DNA of 64,000 bases from Chitinophagales bacterium (GTDB taxonomy: Bacteria; Bacteroidota; Bacteroidia; Chitinophagales; CAIOSU01). The stretch's first letter is position 1. Every line of letters starts with the position of its first letter. Below are positions 36,696 through 45,800 of this stretch, piece after piece. The position numbers and the translations under genes were made by a program. The DNA lies in NCBI GenBank assembly GCA_040877935.1, contig JBBDNB010000043.1:26109-90108 (forward strand), given 5' to 3'. Below the pieces are notes generated by a model, which did not search any database, was not told the DNA's origin, and was given only the letters and a program-made list of their open reading frames with translations.

Positions 36696-38738
36696 CTAAA
36701 TCACTTTCATTTCGGTTTCAGGACTCAATTGCTTCAGCAATTGCTTTACATTGGTCTTGGCAGTATCGTTCTTAAAGCCACTGTCTTTAAACACAATACG
36801 CAAGGGCACTTCTTTGGCTATGGCTTTGGCAAATGCCTCATCAATACCGCTATCGAAACAGGCATAGAGGGAGTTCTCTGCTACTTTAAACACCTTCTTT
36901 CCCGATACATCAATTTGCTCGATTTTGAGCGAAAGTGGCAAGCCCCAATCCAACATCACTTGTGCCAACAGATCATCTGCCGTGCGGTCGGGTTTTACAT
37001 TGTCTGCAAAGAGGTCTAAGTTGTTTTGCTCATAGTCCTGTGGCTTGTAATACACATCTTGCATATTGCTTTCATCCAAGCGATAGACACGGAAGCCATA
37101 ATCTATATCTACATTGGTTTCTTCCTTGATTTTCTTGGCTGCTCTGCGGATGCGTTCTTTGCCTATTTCGCAAATGTTTTTGTATCCAGCTTTATAAGCT
37201 TCACTTTTTTCATCTGTTTTTTCAGGTAATTGAACTTGTATGAACTTTCTATGACCATTATCAGTAGAGTTTAACTCAAGAATAGATTGTGCTGAACTCG
37301 CAGAACCTGAAAAAAAATCTAAGACAATAGCTTCTTGATCTCTACTTGTACAGTAATTTATCAAGTTTGCTAAAATCTCGTGATCTTTTGGATTATTAAA
37401 TACACGTTGTTTTCCGAAAATACTATTTAGCTCATTGGTGGCTTGAAGTCCACTTCGATAAAAATATGTTCCTAACACTTGAAGTCCTATCTCAGGCTCT
37501 TCGGAATTTTCATTTAGACTTCTAACAAGATATGTTTTTCGAATAGGTGGTTCTGTATGGTCATCCCGAAAAACTACATATCCCTGTTCAATCTTTTCTT
37601 GCATAACCTCAGCAGAAGCGTACCGCCAACCTCCAGATGGCATGGCACATGGCTTTCCAGTTTTTGGGTGAATAACATCATATCGAGCACCTCCTCGTGG
37701 CAAAGACATATTATCATCGCGCCAAACACCGCGTTTATCTACGTGAGAGTATCTCGAATGCTTTTTTGAAGGGTGGTCTTTGGGAAGATTTTTATAGAAC
37801 GTTTTTAATTCTTTTTCTATTTCTTCAAAATTATCACCATGTTGTTTTTTTGACTTTAAGAAAAAATTGTAAATCTCTCTTGCTCCAGGCTTTTCCTCTC
37901 TCCAGTGAATGTTTTGGTCAATTAAATACTCTTTGTCTTTAGCAAATACCAATATGTATTCATGTCCATGTGAAAAGAACCTTGAATCATTCTTCCTGCC
38001 TTTTTCCCAAAGTAAAGTTGATACATAGTTGAAATCTCCAAAAACTTCATTCATCATTGATTTCAAATTCCCTATTTCATCTTCCCCAATACTTATCAAA
38101 ATCACGCCATCAGAAGTCAAGGTATTCCTTGCTAACTTCAAGCGAGGATACATCATGCTCAACCAATTGGAATGGTAACGTCCTGCGGTTTCGGGGTTGG
38201 CTACCAGGCGTTGCATGTACTCGTCTTTTTGTCCGCTTTCAATCAGTTCTTCCCGGGCAGCCTTGCTAAAGTTGTCTTTGTACACAAAATCATTCCCTGT
38301 ATTGTAAGGCGGGTCTATGTAAATCATCTTCACCTTGCCCAGGTAGCTTTCTTGCAGTAGCTTGAGCACTTCCAAGTTGTCGCCTTCTATGTAAAGATTT
38401 TCGGTATTGTCAAAGTCTACGGAGTCTTCCCGTACAGGGCGTAGGGTTTTGGTAGTAGGTAGGTTGGCAGTTACTATGGCTTCTCGTTTCCCTGGCCACT
38501 CCAAACGGTAGCGTTCTTTATTGCCTTCTACCACGGCATGGTTGAGTTCCTGCTTGAGCAGGTCAAAATCTATGCTTCGGCTCCGCTCAGCAACCCCATT
38601 TCTTTCAATGGTACTTTCCGTAACGCAGTTAGGGAATAGGGCGGCTAACTTTTCAAAGTTTTCATTCACCAAGTCAGGTGATCTGAGGTCTAATTTTTCA
38701 TTACTCATATTACATGCTACATATTCAGCTTTATTCAA
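36696..38738 (-). CDS. mod: Type III R-M N6-adenine DNA methyltransferase Mod subunit
   Basis: Motif IV MIYIDPPYNTGNDF (DPPY) lies upstream of motif I VLDFFSGSASSAQS, with a variable region between them, as in beta-class Mod proteins. An alternative start is the MSNEKLDL ATG at 38708. Confidence 0.9.
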   Translation of the reverse strand: MNKAEYVACNMSNEKLDLRSPDLVNENFEKLAALFPNCVTESTIERNGVAERSRSIDFDLLKQELNHAVVEGNKERYRLEWPGKREAIVTANLPTTKTLRPVREDSVDFDNTENLYIEGDNLEVLKLLQESYLGKVKMIYIDPPYNTGNDFVYKDNFSKAAREELIESGQKDEYMQRLVANPETAGRYHSNWLSMMYPRLKLARNTLTSDGVILISIGEDEIGNLKSMMNEVFGDFNYVSTLLWEKGRKNDSRFFSHGHEYILVFAKDKEYLIDQNIHWREEKPGAREIYNFFLKSKKQHGDNFEEIEKELKTFYKNLPKDHPSKKHSRYSHVDKRGVWRDDNMSLPRGGARYDVIHPKTGKPCAMPSGGWRYASAEVMQEKIEQGYVVFRDDHTEPPIRKTYLVRSLNENSEEPEIGLQVLGTYFYRSGLQATNELNSIFGKQRVFNNPKDHEILANLINYCTSRDQEAIVLDFFSGSASSAQSILELNSTDNGHRKFIQVQLPEKTDEKSEAYKAGYKNICEIGKERIRRAAKKIKEETNVDIDYGFRVYRLDESNMQDVYYKPQDYEQNNLDLFADNVKPDRTADDLLAQVMLDWGLPLSLKIEQIDVSGKKVFKVAENSLYACFDSGIDEAFAKAIAKEVPLRIVFKDSGFKNDTAKTNVKQLLKQLSPETEMKVI

Positions 38739-38896
38739 TATTGAATCAGTCTGCTATTTCGTGAAAAAGATTTGAAAATCCATTAAAATAAAGCGCTTAT
38801 TTTAATTCTTAGGTGAAATTAAGATTAAAATTAAAACACCTTATTTTAAAGGGAAACAATGTCTTAATATAAAAATTAAATATTAGTATTTTTAAC

Positions 38897-39013
38897 TCAT
38901 AATTCGTCAATAATCAATTTTTCCCCATCAAAAGTGGTAACCACAGCAAATCCATTGTAAAAAGGCTCTACTGCTAAATAGCGCTGTTTGTATGCTTCAA
39001 TTCCATTTTTATT
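38897..39013 (-). pseudogene. C-terminal remnant of a WG/KWG-repeat protein
   Basis: Hand translation gives NKNGIEAYKQRYLAVEPFYNGFAVVTTFDGEKLIIDEL then a stop, preceded by an in-frame TAA. The pattern (FxNGxAxV...G...iD) is WG-repeat-like. More homology appears upstream in another frame. Confidence 0.35.
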
Positions 39014-39137
39014 TTACAGCTGCACGGTTACAATAATAGCCAAAGGTTCTTGTGTATTTTTCTACTAGACTTGCACACAATCTGCACATCATTCAGGCAT
39101 TATACTTAATTGCTTTAAGGGGCATTAATGCATTCCT

Positions 39138-40562
39138 TTAGCTATTCACCTTCCTTTCTACTATATCTTTCACCCACTTGAGGTAAGCTACATTCTTGTT
39201 TTTTTCGATTTTATTTTTCAGTTTTTTCGCCAGTTCTTTTTCATGAGGTCTGAGTTTAGAAGCTTCACGCACATACTTGATCAGGTTGAGGTATAAGGTG
39301 CGCTGATAATCTGAAACTTGTTTGTTGCGTTTTAAATACACGCGAAAGGAATCCAGCAGTGAAGCCAGTGGTTTCATTACTTCCAGCTCATAATATATGC
39401 GCAGCATCATAGCCTTGGAGTCAAGGCTGTAGAACAGGTCACTGAACTCTACATCCTGCAGCAGCTCCTGCGCCTTTTCAAAATCTTTTTTATCAAAATA
39501 AATACTCGCCATGTTATATGCGTAGGCATCTTTTCTGAAATCAGATTCTATATGCTCTTTATAGTTTTCTACAAATTGTTCTGCCCATTGAAATTCTTCA
39601 AGGCGCAATGCCACACTTGTAATGTTTTTATAGGTCCAGGGTGATATGTGTTTTCCAAAGAAAATTATCCTGCTGTCAATGGTCATTTTATAGAGCTGAA
39701 ACAAATCTTTGAGATAATCCATATTGCCGTTGTTCACCTGTTTGATGCAATAATTTTGTGCATAAGCATACATATCACGTGCTTCCTTGGATGAAAATTT
39801 ATCGGTATGTGCTTTCAGTAATTTTTTCAATTGCTCAAAATGCAGCGTTTTTTCAGGTTCTTTCAGCGTCATTAGGATAGAGTAATAGACCTGAATGGCA
39901 GGAGCCTGATTAAAATCATGTTTATCAATATAGCGCAGTATTTCGTCCAGTAATTTAATCTCATAATCAGAAGCAACTACATTTCTGCGATTGAGAATTT
40001 CGCAGGAGTATTTGAGTTTGAGCGTGAGAAAGTAAATGTCAAGGTTGTCGATGGCAAGCTGCAGGCTTTTGTCAAACCTATGGGAACGTTGCTTGTCAAA
40101 GTAGGCATTGTCAGCAGCTTCAAGCAAAAATTCATCGTAGAAGAAATCTGCATCTCTGAATGATTTTCGCTTTTGATCTTTGCGTGCAGTGGACATGGTG
40201 CTGCGGTAATGCTTTTCAAGGTCTAGTGCAGTGTATTCCATTAACAGGTAAAACTGCTGTTGGATGCTTTGTTCTTTAAACCTTTCCTGTACAACATATT
40301 GCTCGGCAATAGACAGGATATCGCTTAGTAGATAACTCAGTTTTTTTTCATCATATTTCTGCTTGGGGAAAGCCAGTTTAAAAATGTTTTCTTTTGTGAG
40401 TTCAGGGCTGTCAAAATCAGGGGCAAACTGCATAAGTACCTTTACCAATTGGCAAAGAGCTTCATCTGTATTGAAATATGGAGAGTCGGCCATAGCCTGA
40501 ATTTTCTTCAGTTGACCTGGTCTCATTTTTTTTAAAAAAAGGATCAGTTTGCTGTTTTCCAT
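39138..40562 (-). CDS. hypothetical all-helical (TPR-like) protein
   Basis: 474-aa ORF with helical-repeat character (DAYAYNMASIYFDKKDFEKAQELLQ). I recognise no family. Confidence 0.6.
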   Translation of the reverse strand: MENSKLILFLKKMRPGQLKKIQAMADSPYFNTDEALCQLVKVLMQFAPDFDSPELTKENIFKLAFPKQKYDEKKLSYLLSDILSIAEQYVVQERFKEQSIQQQFYLLMEYTALDLEKHYRSTMSTARKDQKRKSFRDADFFYDEFLLEAADNAYFDKQRSHRFDKSLQLAIDNLDIYFLTLKLKYSCEILNRRNVVASDYEIKLLDEILRYIDKHDFNQAPAIQVYYSILMTLKEPEKTLHFEQLKKLLKAHTDKFSSKEARDMYAYAQNYCIKQVNNGNMDYLKDLFQLYKMTIDSRIIFFGKHISPWTYKNITSVALRLEEFQWAEQFVENYKEHIESDFRKDAYAYNMASIYFDKKDFEKAQELLQDVEFSDLFYSLDSKAMMLRIYYELEVMKPLASLLDSFRVYLKRNKQVSDYQRTLYLNLIKYVREASKLRPHEKELAKKLKNKIEKNKNVAYLKWVKDIVERKVNS

Positions 40563-40820
40563 GTTTTAATTTGATTCACTGAAATTACAAAAGCTTCAAT
40601 CAAATAAATGCCGGGTTTTTAGTTTTTTGGCGGAAAATTTGTTTTAGTAAATATTTTGCAAAGCTTTAAAATAGCTGTATGATAATGTTTTCAGGATATT
40701 TTTTAAAAATATTTCAGCACATAAACTAATAAAAAATGTCGGAAATTAAACTATTTTGTCGCTTTACATTTGCACAAATTACAGCATTTTTGTGTTGCTG
40801 CTATTCAAAAGAGGAATTAT

Positions 40821-42203
40821 ATGAATCAGGTAAATAACAATATTGTGTTTTTTCAAAAATTACTCTTGTATGCTCTTTTCCTTGTATTTGCACTGGATGC
40901 AAAGGCGCAGTGTGATGTTGATTTTGATTATGTCATTATAGGTGACAGTGTACATTTTGAAAACCTTTCGAGCAATATCGGCCCCAATGACAGCTTTGAA
41001 TGGGATTTAGACGATGGAACGCTGCTGTCAGTTATAGACAGTCTTACATACAGCTATGCTACAGAAGGCATTTATAATGTATGCCTTACCCGCACCAATT
41101 TACTGGCAATTCCACCTTGTGTGGAAACAGTATGTAAAGATGTGGTTTTTTGTATCGATTGCGTGTGGCCGGGGGATGCCAACAGCGATTTTATTGCCGA
41201 CAATAAAGATGTGCTTTATATCGGTCTGGCTTACGGATTTTCAGGGCCTGCGCGTACAATTGATACAGCTACCAACTGGGCGCCAAAAATAAGTTCTACT
41301 TTATGGCTAGATATTAATTCCGATCCCCTGGATTTTACAACGGGAGTCAATTACAAACATGCAGATTGTGATGGCGATGGTATTGTTAATGAAGCTGACC
41401 TTCGTCCTTTGGACAGAAACTACAACCAAACCCACAACAAGTCAAGACCACCGGCCTGCACAAATATCAATGATGTGCCCCTGTATTTTGAGATTTTATA
41501 CGACAGTATTGAAGTAGGAACTGCAGTTGAGATTGCAATCCGCCTTGGCACTAATAATATTACAGCAAATGAAGCCTATGGTATTGCTTATACTTTGCAT
41601 TACGACAGACATTTGGTTGATTCCAGTAGTGTGGAAATAGATTATGATGATACGGGCTTTAAGAAAAATCCGAATGATACCATTATTCACCTCAATAAAT
41701 ATTTTGATCAGCAGGCTGAAATTGAAACGGCAGTAAGCCGTACCAATCAAGAAGGAAAAACCCTGAGCGGACAAGCAATTGGGCACGTATTTTTTGTAAT
41801 GGAAGACAATTTGGTTCAGAAAAACAGTACGATTTCCGAATACCTGCACCTTTCCTTTTCTGATGTATATTTAATTGACAGTGCTGAAAATCAAATTCCG
41901 GTTTGTGCTTTTAGCGATTCCGTTTTGGTATATCAAAAAGTCGCGGGAACAGGAGCGCATATTAATTCAAACGACTGGAAAATATACCCCAATCCTGCAA
42001 ATGATGTCCTTAATATTGAAGTTGAAGAAGATGAAATTTCATCATTGAATGTATTCAATTTATCCGGTCAAAATGTATTGACTGTTCCTCAACTCAATTC
42101 CGGCAAAACCAGGCTTTCGCTTGAGTCACTCCCCAATGGACTCTATTTTATAGAAATCAGGGTCGGAGATACTTATGGGTTTAAGAAATTTATTAAACAG
42201 TAA
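40821..42203 (+). CDS. T9SS type A C-terminal domain surface protein with PKD-like and dockerin/cohesin-like modules
   Basis: The ATG at 40821 gives a signal peptide (track ORF starts at TTG 40770). It has a PKD-like DFDYVIIGDSVHFENLS...YNVCLT, Ca-binding dockerin-like DANSDFIADNKDV and DCDGDGIVNEADL, and a C-terminal WKIYPNPANDVLNIEV...LPNGLYFIEIRV...KFIKQ. Confidence 0.8.
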   Translation: MNQVNNNIVFFQKLLLYALFLVFALDAKAQCDVDFDYVIIGDSVHFENLSSNIGPNDSFEWDLDDGTLLSVIDSLTYSYATEGIYNVCLTRTNLLAIPPCVETVCKDVVFCIDCVWPGDANSDFIADNKDVLYIGLAYGFSGPARTIDTATNWAPKISSTLWLDINSDPLDFTTGVNYKHADCDGDGIVNEADLRPLDRNYNQTHNKSRPPACTNINDVPLYFEILYDSIEVGTAVEIAIRLGTNNITANEAYGIAYTLHYDRHLVDSSSVEIDYDDTGFKKNPNDTIIHLNKYFDQQAEIETAVSRTNQEGKTLSGQAIGHVFFVMEDNLVQKNSTISEYLHLSFSDVYLIDSAENQIPVCAFSDSVLVYQKVAGTGAHINSNDWKIYPNPANDVLNIEVEEDEISSLNVFNLSGQNVLTVPQLNSGKTRLSLESLPNGLYFIEIRVGDTYGFKKFIKQ

Positions 42204-42229
42204 AGCGATTTTTGTTTGATTTTCTAAAT

Positions 42230-42457
42230 AGGGCTTCCTCAAAAAGTCCCAGATACATCAGATACAAACGGGCAAAGTGAAGATGTATAGGAATACTTCG
42301 AGCTGAAGCCCGTGAAGTAGATGGTGTGTCTGGGGCTTAGCTGAGATAAAACACAGGGAAAAATAGCAGATGTTCTAAAAAAATTTGCATTTCAAAGAAG
42401 GGTTAAGGCGTATAAGAAATAGATAATGAATACTTTATAGCGTTTTGAGGAAGCCCT
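42230..42457. repeat. 228-bp element bounded by 15-16-bp perfect inverted repeats (MITE-like, or a long-range RNA helix)
   Basis: (T)AGGGCTTCCTCAAAA at 42229-42244 is the reverse complement of TTTTGAGGAAGCCCT(A) at 42443-42458. AAAT flanks both ends (42226-42229 and 42458-42461). Nested internal helices occur at 42246-42260/42322-42336 and 42268-42273/42308-42313. Confidence 0.6.
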
Positions 42458-42463
42458 AAATAA

Positions 42464-42496
42464 GGGATGTACATCTGTGCATCCCTTTTGTTTTTT
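42464..42496 (+). terminator. rho-independent terminator
   Basis: GGGATGTAC-ATCT-GTGCATCCC stem-loop followed by TTTTGTTTTTT. Confidence 0.85.
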
Positions 42497-42858
42497 ATTG
42501 AAAAATGCAAATGAGTTATTCCGGCTAAATCACAGTTTAGGTAGTCGTGCTTCAGTATTCACAGCGATTTTAGCTGCTTTTTCCAGTGTTAAAAAACTTA
42601 AATTTTTCGGAAGGGCTCAAAATGTGTCGGTGCACTAAGGCTCACTTTGCTTGAAAAATCAAGCTTCATATTGATATACTTGTGTTTTTGTGGTGAAAAT
42701 TTCTCGGAAAACCACAAAATGTGTTCGGTAATTTCTTCTTTTATTCTTTTATAATCACCTAATAATTAGTGTAATTCACTTGTGTAAAAAATAGATAAAA
42801 ATATTTTTTGCGATGATTAATGTTTAAAATTCATTTTTTAATAAAAAAAGGAGAAATT

Positions 42859-45800
42859 ATGAAAACCTTAGAATTAAACCTCAAAAAAGTCGCTTTGCTT
42901 GTCGCAACAATTTTGCTGACAAGTACAAGTGCAATTGGAGCAACATTTACTGCTGTAGCTTCTGGAAATTTTAGCAGTTCAGCTACATGGGGAGGTTCCG
43001 CACCTCCTGCGAATGTCAGTACAGATCAGATTATTATCCCTGTTGGCATAACTGTGGATTTGGATAATGACCTGACTTTAAATGGCGCTACTGCCTCATT
43101 AGATGTAAATGGTACTTTAAATACCAGCTCTAATGCTTCCTTTTATGCGTCAACAGGAACCATCTCAGGAACTGGGAATATTATGGTGGATTCTGTTGCT
43201 ACGGGAGCCGGTGCCGTATTTTTGTTTACTGGCTCGCTTTCGGCAAATGCTATGGCCAATGCAGCTGCCAGTTTACAAATGGGTGCTGATCTTGATGTTG
43301 GTCAAACATTAACTCTTGCACCGGCAAGTACCTTAAGTCTTATCACCGGTGGAAGTCTTACAATCGGAAACAATGCAACTATTGTAGTTGATTCAGGTGG
43401 AGGGCTTTCAATATCCGGTGGTGGTATTGGATTTTCCGGAAATTATAATGTGGTTTATACTGGAGGTGCTGCCATTAGTGGAGTAGAGCTCAGTGGATCA
43501 AGTATTACTGATGTTAATGTTGATGTTGGTGCTGGAAATAATGTTACTCTGACTTCAGACCTTACTGTAAATGGTGACTTGATGTTGAACAGTGGTAACC
43601 TGGCACTTTCTGTCAATACACTTACTTTCAGTGCCAGCGGTGATCTTGCTGCGGGTGGCTCAGGTTCGATTTCCTCAAGTGGACTCGGTAATATTGATAT
43701 CAACTCCACTGCCGGATTATCCGGAGCATTGAGCTTTGATGCTTCAGGCAATACAGTAAATAATGTAAGCGTAAGCGTAGGAAGCGGAAGCAGTGTTCAG
43801 CTTGACAGCGACCTGAATATAGACGGAACCCTGCAAATAGATGGCGGAGCTACCTTCGATTTCAGTGGTGCTTCAGTGGCCATCAATGGCGACCTTAGCG
43901 GCTCTGGAATGTTGAGCGGAGATGCATCAGCAGATCTGAGTATCAATGCAGCCGGGGGAATCTACGATTCATTGAATTTTTCAGCCGGAGGAAGTACCGT
44001 GAATGACCTTACTATTAATGTAGGAACGGGAAATGCTGTTGACCTTGCAAGCGATGTAAGTGTAAACGGTACACTTGATCTTTCAGGTGGAAGCAATCTC
44101 AATATCAGCGGATCGAGCATACAGATCAGCGGAGACCTGAGCGGTTCCGGTTCGTTTGTTGCCGATTCTACCTCAAGCATCACAGTAGATGCAAGCGGTG
44201 GCCTTTCTACGGGTATTTCATTTGCCGGGGGAAGTGGTATTGTTGGTGATCTTACCATTGATGTAGGTTCAGGCAACAGTGTGTCTGTTGATTCTGACTT
44301 AATGATCAGTGGTACATTGGATCTTAACAGTGGCACATTGGACATCGGCAACAACACACTTACATTTGATGCAAACGGTGACCTGTCTGCCAGTGGTTCG
44401 GGCTCAATCTCATCAGCAGGAGCTGCGAATATTGCAGTAAACTCCACTGCCGGATTATCCGGAGCACTGAGCTTTGATGCTTCAGGCAATACAGTAAATA
44501 ATGTAAGCGTAAGCGTAGGAAGCGGAAGCAGTGTTCAGCTTGACAGCGACCTGAATATAGACGGAACCCTGCAAATAGATGGCGGAGCTACCTTCGATTT
44601 CAGTGGTGCTTCAGTGGCCATCAATGGCGACCTTAGCGGCTCTGGAATGTTGAGCGGAGATGCATCAGCAGATCTGAGTATCAATGCAGCCGGGGGAATC
44701 TACGATTCATTGAATTTTTCAGCCGGAGGAAGTACCGTGAATGACCTTACTATTAATGTAGGAACGGGAAATGCTGTTGACCTTGCAAGCGATGTAAGTG
44801 TAAACGGTACACTTGATCTTTCAGGTGGAAGCAATCTCAATATCAGCGGATCGAGCATACAGATCAGCGGAGACCTGAGCGGTTCCGGTTCTTTTGTAGC
44901 CGATTCTACCTCAAGCATCACAGTAGATGCAAGCGGTGGACTTTCTACGGGTATTTCATTTGCCGGGGGAAGTGGTATTATTGGTGATCTTACAGTTGAT
45001 GTAGGTTCAGGCAACAGTGTATCTGTTGATTCAGATATCACCATCAGTGGAACATTGACATTGAACAGCGGAACCTTAGCTGTTGGCAACAACACACTTA
45101 CATTTGATGCAAACGGTGACCTGTCTGCCAGTGGTTCAGGCTCAATCTCATCAGCAGGAGCTGCAAATATTATAGTGAATTCCACTGCCGGATTATCCGG
45201 TGCACTGAGTTTTGATGCTTCTGGAAATACTGTCAATGATTTTACCGTAAGCGTAGGAAGCGGAAGCAGTGTTCAGATTGACAGCGACCTGAATATAGAC
45301 GGAACCCTGCAAATTGATGGTGGAGCTACCTTCGATTTCAGTGGTGCTTCAGTGTCCATCAATGGCGACCTCAGCGGCTCTGGAATGTTGAGCGGAGATG
45401 CATCAGCAGATCTGAGTATCAATGCAGCCGGGGGAATCTACGATTCATTGAATTTTTCAGCCGGAGGAAGTACCGTGAATGACCTTACTATTAATGTAGG
45501 AACGGGAAATGCTGTTGACCTTGCAAGCGATGTAAGTGTAAACGGTACACTTGATCTTTCAGGTGGAAGCAATCTCAATATCAGCGGATCGAGCATACAG
45601 ATCAGCGGAGACCTGAGCGGTTCCGGTTCATTTGTGGCCGATTCTACCTCAAGCATCACAGTAGATGCAAACGGTGGCCTTTCTTCAGGTATTTCATTTG
45701 CCGGGGGAAGTGGTATTATTGGTGACTTTACTATTGATGTAGGTTCAGGAAATTCAGTAACAGTTGACAGTGATGTTGAAGTAACAGGCACTTTGAATAT

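Noticed and set aside
31316-39137. Calling the whole tRNA-to-39.1 kb region an intact integrative element or genomic island.
   Set aside because: There is no integrase, excisionase or conjugation gene. The only tRNA 3' direct repeat lies about 70 nt from the gene rather than at the far end of the island. I therefore describe it only as a decayed hotspot or defense islet.
42229-42458. Invertible promoter (inverton) controlling the downstream adhesin, suggested by the 16-bp inverted repeats.
   Set aside because: I found no TAnnTTTG-type promoter in either orientation inside the segment. There is no recombinase gene nearby. A strong terminator and about 360 nt separate it from the adhesin start. 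The internal helix uses G-U pairs, which favours an RNA or MITE reading. It is kept only as a minor alternative.
35321-45750. CRISPR-like arrays, considered because of the regular direct repeats (12-nt and 738-bp).
   Set aside because: The repeats are contiguous with no unique spacers, lie in frame inside protein-coding genes, and no cas genes are present.
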